Below, one piece after another: positions 22,764 to 33,048 of a DNA stretch of 64,000 nt. Source of the DNA: Blepharisma stoltei ATCC 30299 (lineage: Eukaryota; Protista; Ciliophora); contig CBFDEM010000032.1 in assembly GCA_965603825.1 (NCBI GenBank), positions 771,078 through 835,077 of the forward strand. Reading direction: 5' to 3'. A program made the position numbers and the translations under genes. The notes beneath the pieces are model-generated. The model was not told the origin of the DNA. It made no database searches and saw only the letters and a list, made by a program, of their open reading frames with translations. The first letter of the stretch is position 1; every line of letters starts with the position of its first letter.

Positions 22764-24941
22764 ATGGAGCCAGGATCAGGTTCTGTCAACCTCTTTGAAA
22801 GGTTCAGCTCGCTTTCTTCAGATGACCGTTCATTATATTATAATCCTGAAGCTCCCTACACAGAAGTCCAATTTCATGAAATAAAAAACACAATTGACAA
22901 ATGCAAGAAAAAATCTTCCAGCACAAAAATAAAATCACTCAATAAACTTGTGACAGCTTGCAATGAGGCGACTGATTTTACGTTGCTTATTGATATGCTT
23001 CCTAATTGGGTTTACTTGTTTTCTTCACTCACCAAATTTGAGGCAGAAAAAGCAGTCCGTGAAGCAGCATTTAAAACACAAATTGTTTTCTTTTCCAAAT
23101 TTAAGAAATCATTTGCTAAATATTTAGACGAAATTTTTACCCCACTGTGGCTAGGAAGATGTGACCCATGCCGAGAGGTCGCTGAAAATGCAAAACGGGC
23201 TTTTTCCGCTGCTTTCCCAGAAGACAGGCAGCCAAAAGTAGTCGAAAAATGCTTTGAAAGATACATGAGAGAGAGCATGAGCATTTTAAGAGAAGACATC
23301 AAAGAAAAAGAAGAAATCAACGAAAGGTTAATGAGCTGCTCAATTCTTGGCATAAAAGAAGCAGTAGAAATGACTGACACAATTATCCCACAAATTGCAC
23401 CTTTATATGAAAGCTTACCTATATGGAATTTTACAGCTTCAAACTATTTGCCATTGGTCAGATCTGCCAGTATGTTTTGTATAAATACTTTTCTAAACAA
23501 AGGAATTTTACAAAGAGATCATTATATGAGGATGCTACCACTTATATTTGGGCTACTCAAAGATAAGAATAGGCTAGTACATCAAGCATTGTGGGACCAA
23601 ACTTTTCTCAATTTTTTAGGAAAATTTCCTGAATTTAAGGATAATGTTGACACAAATAGCATAATAAAAGACTTATGCTCATGCTTGGTAAATGGAGCAT
23701 ATGGTGCTGGACCTGTCTTTTATCCACAGCTAGTCAAGTTTCTTAGTTTTCTGGGCAATGAAAAACTAGGTGGAAAAAAGACTATTGAGAATCTTTTCCT
23801 GGCTATATTAAAAGGATTTAATTCTGAGGATGGAAATTTCCATGGGAAATTTATTTTGAATGCTTATTATGAAGTAGTGGTCTTTGTGTCTATCAAGCTT
23901 CCAGAAAAATCCAAAGACATTAATAAATTCATATTAGAACCTGCCAATATGTACTTGCAGTCTCAATCCCTGATTACTCCAATTATGCATTTAAATGTAG
24001 TTCCTGGCTTATTAGGCCAAACTCTCGGGTATCTAGAGCAACGCGGCATTTTCCCCGAAATTTCTGAATATCTTTACCAGCTAAGTTATGGAGGCCTCCA
24101 GCAATCTCCACAGGTCGCCATTGCCTTTTTAAAGGAGCTTAACAATGAGTTGACGTCTAAAGGTCCTCAATGTCGCAGCTTAATAAGAAACTTGATCCAT
24201 ATAATGCACAGCCAAATTTCCCAAGACATAGAAAACAAATTCACAATTAACGACCACGAGCAGCTCCAAAATAAGCTAAAAATGCTTCTGGCCTTCACAG
24301 AAATTTCTTCATCTCTTGATATTCCTATTTATGACTGGTGGACACGAGGCATTAATGAAAAATTATCAGTCGAAATCCTCAGAATTTTGGTTTCTATATT
24401 GAAAACTGACCCAAAACAATGGTGGAGAGCAGTGGTCCAAAGCAAAATTTCTTATGATAATTTACCTTTATTAATCCCTGACGTCTTTTCTGAAGCTTTA
24501 CTTAAAGCTGCAGACGCAGCAGAGCTTGAAGATTTAGTGACTGGACTTATAAATTCATTAAAAGACTCCACAAACTTGGCAGTTTCAGCTGTTTTGATTG
24601 GAATTTTGTTAAATATAAGCACATCTAAGCTAATCACACTTATTCCTCTGCACACAAAAATAAGAAAAAACGTGTTTATACTATTGGAATTGCACAAAGA
24701 AGAAGAATTAAGTCTGCAGGAAGTAATGAATATGTGGAAAGAAAGCTTAGAAAAAGAAAGGAATGGAGATGAGGTCTGCTTTATATGCTGCAGGGCTAAT
24801 GAAATCAATGACAGCTCGCTGCCTGACCTTGAGTGTATAAGCTGTCGGAATAAAGTCCACAAAGCCTGCGTTGAAAATGTAGAAACTAAAGAAAAGTGCT
24901 TATATTGTGAAGAAAAATTTAGCGAAATAGTTAACTTATAA
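22764..24941 (+). CDS. LTN1: Listerin/LTN1-like E3 ubiquitin ligase, unusually short (725 aa)
   Basis: N-terminus 'KKSSSTKIKSL...LPNW...VREAA...LWLGRCDP...AKRAFSAAFP'; C-terminus 'WKESLEK...CFICC...SLP...C..C.NKVH.AC...C..C' RING. Both resemble listerin ends. Confidence 0.8.
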   Translation: MEPGSGSVNLFERFSSLSSDDRSLYYNPEAPYTEVQFHEIKNTIDKCKKKSSSTKIKSLNKLVTACNEATDFTLLIDMLPNWVYLFSSLTKFEAEKAVREAAFKTQIVFFSKFKKSFAKYLDEIFTPLWLGRCDPCREVAENAKRAFSAAFPEDRQPKVVEKCFERYMRESMSILREDIKEKEEINERLMSCSILGIKEAVEMTDTIIPQIAPLYESLPIWNFTASNYLPLVRSASMFCINTFLNKGILQRDHYMRMLPLIFGLLKDKNRLVHQALWDQTFLNFLGKFPEFKDNVDTNSIIKDLCSCLVNGAYGAGPVFYPQLVKFLSFLGNEKLGGKKTIENLFLAILKGFNSEDGNFHGKFILNAYYEVVVFVSIKLPEKSKDINKFILEPANMYLQSQSLITPIMHLNVVPGLLGQTLGYLEQRGIFPEISEYLYQLSYGGLQQSPQVAIAFLKELNNELTSKGPQCRSLIRNLIHIMHSQISQDIENKFTINDHEQLQNKLKMLLAFTEISSSLDIPIYDWWTRGINEKLSVEILRILVSILKTDPKQWWRAVVQSKISYDNLPLLIPDVFSEALLKAADAAELEDLVTGLINSLKDSTNLAVSAVLIGILLNISTSKLITLIPLHTKIRKNVFILLELHKEEELSLQEVMNMWKESLEKERNGDEVCFICCRANEINDSSLPDLECISCRNKVHKACVENVETKEKCLYCEEKFSEIVNL

Positions 24942-25056
24942 CAAAAATGTTTTTAAAGCTTGTTACTCCTTGCATATTTATATAAATTTCTTACTTTAAA
25001 CATCTTAAAATTCAGTAAATAAATAACATTATTTTGAATTAATCTTGATATACACG

Positions 25057-26556
25057 TTATCTTCTTGAATTCAGTCCTAGCGACCCTTCTGAAATCCCAT
25101 CATGTGAAAACACGCATTCCGCATCAGCATTTACCTTAAAAAACTCGCCCAAAGATTTCCCGAGATCTCCTCCCCCTTTCACTATGTCTAATTTCTATAT
25201 ATTCTTTACCAGTAGCTCTCCATAATTTGTACAAAACGGGTCCTGCCGCACCTGATGGGCAGGCTTTAAATTATACTGCACCCAGGGTGTTCCTTCTCTG
25301 TTTAAAACTCTAATTAAATGGTCTTCGTCTTTAACGATCTCTTTCCTTATCAAATTTCCTTCTTTTACAGCGCTTCCTTTTAATAGTAATTTTGGGTGTC
25401 TGTATTTTTTAACTGGAAAAACAGGCAACAGATCTTTGTGTTCTTCGTAGAAATTGCAGGGTTTAAGGGTCTGGACGTAATTTTCGTTGACCAGGAATCT
25501 TACTTTTTGAGGGACGCCATATCATTTTTGGGATTTTTCGGAGGAATTAGTTTCTTTGATTAGGGGTTTCAGACAGATGCTGGGCTGAATAGAAGATTTG
25601 TAAGAAGCCACGTCGCTGAGGTCTTGGAAAACTGGCTCACTTTTGACTTCATTGATGTCTGGGTTTTGATTTTGATTTGCATTGACTGAAGTAATAAAAG
25701 TTATGTCTTTAGGGGGCACATTTTCTGGCATCCTACAATCCGAAGGAGGATTTTGCTGATCTGCACTAAAGTTATCAGTTTCCAAAATGGAGGTTCTCAA
25801 TATCTCTTCATTACTAGTAGTTCTATAAAATTCTGACTGTGCTTTATATGAGTCTTTACTTCATATTGACCTCATATCTTGTTCACTTTTATTTATAATC
25901 CCTGACCTTATTATTGTAGATTTCGACTGCTCATTTAGCGTATATATAGAAGGTGGCTCAGACAGAGTTTTTCAATCATTTTTCGGAACTTTTCCCATTT
26001 GTGCAGAAGAGCTTAATATAAATGCAGGCTTAAAGGACTCTTCAGATGTATATATTTCTGAATACCCTGCCACAGGCTCTCTTCGAGACGACTCAAAATA
26101 GCTTACCGATGATGGTTTTATTACATCTCTGACTTTATCCTGTTGAGAATAAGATCTTTTTAAGGCAACTGCTTTAAGCATTGGCGGAATCCCTTCTTTT
26201 GGCTTAAATTGTGAAAATTTGAAAGCTTCGGCTGCATTTTTTCGCAAATTAAAGTTCATGATGGTAGATTGTTTAGGCACGGCTGAGTCGTTGTTTTGAA
26301 TAGGCTGCACTTCTAAATCTAAATATTTCCCTGGCATTGGGATATTTGATACTATGCTGCATTCACTTTGGTTTCTAGACAGCTTGGCTCTACTTAAGTA
26401 ACTTGATGGGTCGTTTTGTGACAAATTTGATAAATTGTTTGAACCTTGTGAGATATTTGGCTGATTTTTGATTGAAGAAATTGGAGGCAGGTTTTTTCCG
26501 TAAACTTGGAAATTTGGCTTGATAATTTGGTCTCTTTGGTTTTCTCCTTGAAACAT
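25057..26556 (-). CDS. Hypothetical protein, ~490 aa, probable 15-nt intron; 3' end uncertain
   Basis: Fragments 25972-26556, 25522-25800 and 25195-25428 share a frame through TGA. The TAG at 25195 is the end of a GT-AG 15-mer; after splicing the frame stops at TAA 25057. Confidence 0.6.
25195..25209 (-). other. Probable 15-nt intron GTAAAGAATATATAG
   Basis: GT-AG ends, A at position 10, removes an in-frame TAG. Confidence 0.65.
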
Positions 26557-26593
26557 ATAAATATTAAAAAAAATATATACAAAGATTAAATAG

Positions 26594-28666
26594 TTAAGTT
26601 TGCATAGTTTTTGTTAGAAAATGAGAATCATAGCTGATTCGGTTTTTTCGGTTTTGCCTTAGAAGAGACTTAGACCTAGTTATTGTAGGCTTAATTGGCG
26701 ATTTATATAAGGATTTTGTAGGAGATCGGCTTAAAGATCTGTCTCATGTAGTAGAAGACTTGCTACGGTGTACATACCAATTTGGCATAATCTCAAACCA
26801 TTCAGCAGGCAGTGTGTGGCAGCTTGTATGGGACTCGCGGGGAAGATAAATCCCTTTGTATTCATTAAACGAAAATGCTGATACTTTTTGTGGGCCGTCT
26901 CTTGTGATTCCAGTATAAGTTTGGAGGTAAATATTAGGGCTTATTGAAATAGGCTGATAATAAACTTTTGTTATCACATTAATTGAGTGAAAATCGTATA
27001 GGGAAATTGTAGTTTTGCCTATAAAATGGTGTGAGTTGTAGAGCTCTATCACAATATTTCCATAGTTTTCTAAAAAGGCTTCGAAATCGTTTTTATTTTT
27101 AGCGAAAATATAAAAGGACTTTACATGTTTTAGTGACTGAGTTTTGCCTTCATTTTCAGTGAGAGAAAACTGTATATTTGAACCTAGAAATGAGTATCTT
27201 ATATGAAAAGCTGAAGAAAGCTCTATTTCGCACTCTCTCAAACTGTCAAGTATAAGCATAAACCTATACTGTTCCAGCATGTTAAAATTCAGCGGCGGAC
27301 TAAGATTATTTTCTTCTTTTGCCTCTTTATCATGAATAAACCCTAACCCTTTCGCAATAGAAATTTCAATATTTTTCAACTCTTGTGTAATTGTATACAA
27401 ATTAAAGCAGCTTTCACAAACTTGGAATCTCTGATATAACGTCGCATTATCCACATGCCGGTACTCTTTGTTTTCCATCCACGAAAGCTCTTTTCCTCTG
27501 TGTTTTAAGTGCTCTTCAAGCTCAAAAAGCATTTTTAACGTCAACTCCTGCGTCATTTTGACAAACCCGCTCCTACAAAATTCGCATCTTTTAAGCCTTT
27601 TATACTCCTTTAGCCCTAATTTTGAAGAAGTAGGGCTGACAAAGCTGTCATTTTCGACAAAATAGTTCAGAGTAGGGAACACATTTGAGCTGTATTTGAA
27701 TGCTTTTACGTTTATCATTCACCATATGTCTTCTTCATCTTTTATATAGTCACATACCAGTTTTTCTAATTTAATTGATAAATTTCTTTCGAGGAATTTA
27801 ATAATGTTATAAGTATAAGCACCAGTTGCTGAGACAAAATAACCATGGCTGACTTTTAATATATTTGCATCAGCGCTTTCAGCTAAATAGCACTTCCCTG
27901 TGTATGAAACTTTGCTTGATATCAAATAGCACATCATAGCTTTTTTTGTGGAATAAAAATTCCTACATATAAAAGCTGTGCTACCTTTACACCTAATGAA
28001 TTTTTGTAGGCAGTTTTTTTCGCCGTTTCTCCTACACACAAACCTGATCGTTTTTATCAGCTCAATACTGTTAAGAACCTGCGTATTATTCCCAACAATT
28101 CGGTTTTTTTCTGAGTCATAATGGACTTTTTTAAGCACAGCTACAGGGCCAAACCCCATTTCAGACCTACTGAGCTTCGAAATAATGTGGCCTTCTTCAA
28201 AGTGTTCTCCTCTGCAGACCCTGCCTTTGTGGTCTGAATAAATCCAATAAGGCCTTTCTATATCGTTATAGATTATTGTGTCCGGGACTCACAATTCCAG
28301 CTTATTTGAGTTATTTTGATACTTAGGAAGGACACAGAGGAACTTGAAAAAATTCAGGGCTGGCGAGAAATCAAAGGTGTACTTATAACCGTCATCTAAA
28401 CAGTAAACTTTTTTGATTAAGGCTTCCCTTGTCCGTTTTGTGTATCCGCTTACTAAATCTGACTGCGAGAACGTATGAGAAAAAGGCTTCGTGAAATTTT
28501 CATCCTCATAGCCTTCATAAGGCTTTTGTTCAGGATCTTCGGGAGCTTCATTGATATAGAACCCTGAAAACATTTTTTGGTCGACCTTATGCTTTTTGGT
28601 GAGTTTCGGAGAGTATAACAGTTCTTTTATCTTCCCTGTTGATTTTGATCTATTAGAATTTTTCAT
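26594..28666 (-). CDS. Hypothetical protein with C-terminal C2-like region, ~690 aa
   Basis: ATG 28666 (MKNSNRSKS); three same-frame fragments joined at TGA 28289, 27719 and 26744; TAA at 26594; 'IVIELYN...IGKTTISL' is C2-like. Confidence 0.7.
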
Positions 28667-28677
28667 TATTAAAGAAA

Positions 28678-30468
28678 ATGTACACAAATTATCGATTTCT
28701 TCATCGATCTTATGGAAATTCGTCACCTATTAATTCCAACCCTAAAATCGATCATAGAAAGCCTTGAGCCAACTCTTTTGCTTACCCAAAAAGTCCATAC
28801 AAAAAACCGCAGAATGAAAGCTTTTCTTATATGCAAGACAGGACGTATAGTAATATTCCGTCTCCAGAGCCACTGAGAATAAAGCGAAACAATTCAAGAG
28901 AAAGACTATCATTGTCACCTATTGATAGAACAATAGAAAACTTTTCTGTCAAGAAAAGAGATTTATCGCCGAGTTTTAATGGAAAATCAGGCAGGCTAAA
29001 ATCTTTGGCTTTTAGAAAGGAAATAGAAAACGAAATAGGGATTCCTGAAAGGATTAGCAAACTTATTATAGAAATTTATTCTCCAAATAGCTTAGAAAAT
29101 GAGCCTACAGCTATAGGGCTTTTAATAGGCTCAAAAATAATTATAACTTCACATATCGCAATCCCTAATGAAACTTTGGCAGCTAGATACACATTTAAAT
29201 TCCTTAAAGACGAAAACGTCTACAAATCGAACATCAAAAAATTCTTTTTTACCTCTCCTAATGACAATTTGACCGTTTTAGCTATTACCCCTATCAACCA
29301 AGACCTAACAAAGCGAGTTCCCCTCTCTTTTGAATCAAATTTAAAAGAACTCGAAGGTGATCCTATTTATTACGTCAACCAAAAAGCATACCAAGCTTTC
29401 ATTTCTAGCATAGACGCAGACATTTTTGGCTTTACTACTCAAAAAAGCATCCTAACTGGCACTCCTGTTTTTACCAAAAAATGGCAATTACTAGGAATTT
29501 CCCATACTTTTACACAAATCTATAAGTACACACAAGCTGCCTCTCTAGAGACTGTCCTAAAGTTTTTAAATAGGCTAAAATCCCACATCCCTAGAGACTC
29601 CTTATTAGGATCAATAGAAAAATCAGTTGATTTTAATGGGAAAGAATTCAACCAAAATAATTTTAAAGAAATGTATTGGTTCGAATGGCTAGGGAACTAT
29701 ATAGAAACCTATAATGTAGAGACGGGGGAATGAAATTATATGCAAACAAGCTTAAGGAATGAAGGAAGATGGCATTTCTTATGAGACAGCCGTCCTGTAA
29801 TGCTCCCAAATGGCTCATTTTATATATTAGGAGGTATGAGGAATAATTTAGCTGTAGACGAAGTCGTCAAATTTAAGCCTGAAAAAGGCGAGCTTAAAAG
29901 AATGCAAAATATGGGGGTCGGCAGGGCAGCTTGTGGGACTGTTTTTCATGAGGGCTTTGTATATGCTCTATCAGGGAAGTACGCTAACAACTTCTGTGAA
30001 AGATATTCCTTAAGCCAAAAAAGATGGGAGTTTATACCGTCAATGGTCCATGAACGGTTCGATTTTTCTGCAATAGTCCTTTTTAGCTCAATTTATGTAG
30101 TTGGAGGGGAGCCTTATAGTGAGGTGGGAAATACTATTGAGGTCTATGACATTTTGAGAGAAGTCTGGGTAATTTTGAATATAAAATTACCTTTTGCGGT
30201 TGCGAATTCTCCATTGTGCCATTTATTTGGGTCGAGCTTTGCGATATTGGGAGGGAGAGGATGCAGAAATGTTATTATGGTGGAAATAGATAATTTGTAT
30301 AGTAAAAGTGTTTCTATAAGAGAAGGAGCGGCATTGTCGGAGGAGGTTGAAACTATTTATCCTGTGATTTATGCTGCTGAGCAGCAAAAAGTGTTTTTAT
30401 TTAATATTACAGAAGGCTTTGAGAGGCCTTTATTGTATAAAATTCATGAATCCTATTTAACTAAATAA
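28678..30468 (+). CDS. Degenerate trypsin-like domain + Kelch repeats, ~596 aa
   Basis: First in-frame ATG at 28678 (alternative 28831); TGA=Trp at 28765, 29731, 29782. Trypsin-like 'GLLIG...IITSH...GTPVF...LLGISH'; Kelch 'YILGG...VYALSG...CERY...W...M...R...IYVVGG...IEVYD...W'. Confidence 0.8.
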
Positions 30469-30924
30469 CCCAAACTTGTTATAATTTTAAATAATTGCAA
30501 TAAAAACATTTAAATTATGGAATTTGGTGGACAATTAACGGGACGAAAACAGTAAAAATGAATATTCATAATAACTATAAAAAATACTCAAAATATATAG
30601 GAAATAAAAAATATTAATTGTTTGACTAAATTTTATTATCAATAATTAATATTCCATCTAAATTCAACAAAAAATCATAAACTTCAGAGCATGCATAATT
30701 AAAAACGAATATTATCTCCATATAACTTTATAATTTAATCCTATTAAGTTATCATTAAAAATTTATACAAGAAATTAGGCTTTATTTATTAAATATCCCT
30801 AAAACCTAACCTTTCATTTCTCAATTTACCTATTTATTTTTTAACCCCTAATTCCTATCATTTTCATCAACTTTTCCACTTTCGTTAATTTTGCTACTTT
30901 CTTTCTTTTCATATTTTCATAAAG

Positions 30925-32184
30925 ATGGAGAACGCCTCAAGGACTCGAGATGAAGGATTGCATCAATACTCAGTTTCCCAGCTGAACGGTCCTTCTGCAG
31001 TCAACCGCAGAACAGCCAAAGTTATCGGCTCTACCTTCCAGCTTGACACTCGTTACGAAATTCTCGACACACTTGGAAGTGGTGCCTATGGCGTTGTCGT
31101 CTCAGCACGCGACACTGTCACAGGTGAGCTCGTCGCAATAAAAAAAATCGAAAAAGCCTTCGAGCACTCCACATTTACAAAGCGAACCTTACGAGAACTG
31201 ATTATCCTCAGACTTTTGAACCATGAAAACATCATGAGAATCAAAACAATTCAGTTGCCACTTTCTCGAGAAGATTTTGACGAAATTTATGTAGTCAACG
31301 AACTCATGGAAACTGACTTGAGTTCCATTATAAAGAGTCCTCAGCCACTGTCTGACGAACATTGCCAGTTCTTTTTGTATCAAATCCTTAGAGGGCTGAA
31401 GTTTATGCACAGTGCATGTATTTTACATAGAGATTTGAAGCCGAGAAACTTATTGGTGAATTCTAATTGTGACTTAAAAATATGTGATTTTGGGTTGGCA
31501 AGACCGAATATGAAGGAACTGAAAGTAACTTCTACACAAATGACAGACTATGTAGCCACAAGGTGGTATAGGGCTCCTGAGGTCCTGCTTACTTACAAAA
31601 AATACACACCTGCCATGGACATGTGATCAGTTGGGTGCATTTTTGGAGAACTTTTGTTGAGAAAACCGATTTTACCTGGAAATGATGCAAACCACCAATT
31701 AGAATTAATTTTCAATTTACTTGGGACTCCTTCTGACAAAGATATAGCCAGCATCCCTCATCCTCGCTCCCGCGAAAAGGTCATGAGAATGCCAAAGCGG
31801 CCTGCAAAGTCCTTTGAAGCCACTTTTCGTAGCGCAAACCCAGATGCTCTAGATCTACTAAAGAAAATGCTCACATTTAACCCTGATGAGCGTATCAAGG
31901 TAGAAGACGCTTTGGCGCACCCTTACCTTGCTGCCTTGCATTTCCCTGATGACGAGCCTACCTGTGACCCAGTTTCTCTCTTTGATTTTGAGTTCGAAAG
32001 ACAAGTCCTGACCATGACGGACCTGAAAAACCTGATTTACGAAGAAATTTTATTGTATCATTTCCAAGACAAAAAAGAACAGTATGAGAAGGCGAGAAAG
32101 GACTATGACAGACAGCTGCATTTGCCTGGCAGAAGAATGTCGAGGGACAGAGAAGAAAGTGATGAAGAGGATGAGCTAAATTAG
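30925..32184 (+). CDS. MAP kinase (ERK-like, TDY activation loop), 419 aa
   Basis: GSGAYG, VAIKK, HRDLKPRN, DFG, MTDYVATRWYRAPE; the TGA at 31624 is the invariant W of 'DMWSVGCI'. Confidence 0.96.
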
Positions 32185-32218
32185 TTAATATACAGTCAAT
32201 ATTACTTTTTAATGGTTT

Positions 32219-32893
32219 TTATATTAACAAAGCTGTAGAAACTGCAGAAATCCCAAGGAAAACTGCAGAGTCTAGAGCGAGGCTTTTTAGGTCTGATAAA
32301 ATTTGAAACTCCCATAGTAGGTTTCCAAGGCAGCCTGGCGCACTTATGATTTCTACATAGTATTTTTGGTACCAGTTCCAGTAGGTTCGGTTTCTTGCAT
32401 CGATTCTCAAGTCATTTGTAAGGTTTTTTGAAATTTGGCAGACTTTTCAATACCCATCAAAAGCGTTAGAACTTATGTCGGCTTCACAGTAAAAATAGCC
32501 GTCAAGGCCACATACGCATTGAGTAGACCAGCCTTCACGAGTTTTGCAGTCTTGCTGGGTTGTGCACTTTTTGGGGTGGCTGCCAACAGCGAGAAAAGCG
32601 TCAGGGTTTCTTGTGCCACAGAAGCTACTTCCTTGGCTGTCTATTGTGCTGGAATCAACACCGTCGTAGTTTTGGCGTGTGCAGTAGAAAGATTTGGTTG
32701 ATGAAGGGGATAATAAGTCACTCCAGTCATAAAAATCTTCAAGCTTGCAGTAAAAATCAGTCGGGCAACCATTAGAATTAGCTAAGATTTGAGTTCCTTG
32801 AAGGGTTGCGCAGACGGTGTAGTTTAGAGATTGGCATACTCATTGAGGACAATATGCAGCTGCTAAAGGTAGGAAAAATATGAGAATCATCAT
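32219..32893 (-). CDS. Small Cys-rich secreted/surface protein, probably GPI-anchored, ~224 aa
   Basis: Signal peptide MMILIFFLPLAAA, multiple Cys, hydrophobic C-terminus SAVFLGISAVSTALLI. Only visible in full with TGA=Trp. Confidence 0.78.
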
Positions 32894-33048
32894 AATTCTT
32901 TATTATTTTTAAAATAAATTAATATAAAAAAATACAATTAACTATCCTTTAAGTCTTTTTATTATAGGAAAATATAATATAATTCCATAAAACATTAAAA
33001 AAATTAGACAAAAAGACCATAAAATTGAAAACTCTACAAAAATTGGCT

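Noticed and set aside
28667-28726. GTG-started N-terminal extension of the minus-strand gene overlapping the plus gene
   Set aside because: A non-ATG start from the prokaryote-style ORF caller; the first ATG is 28666.
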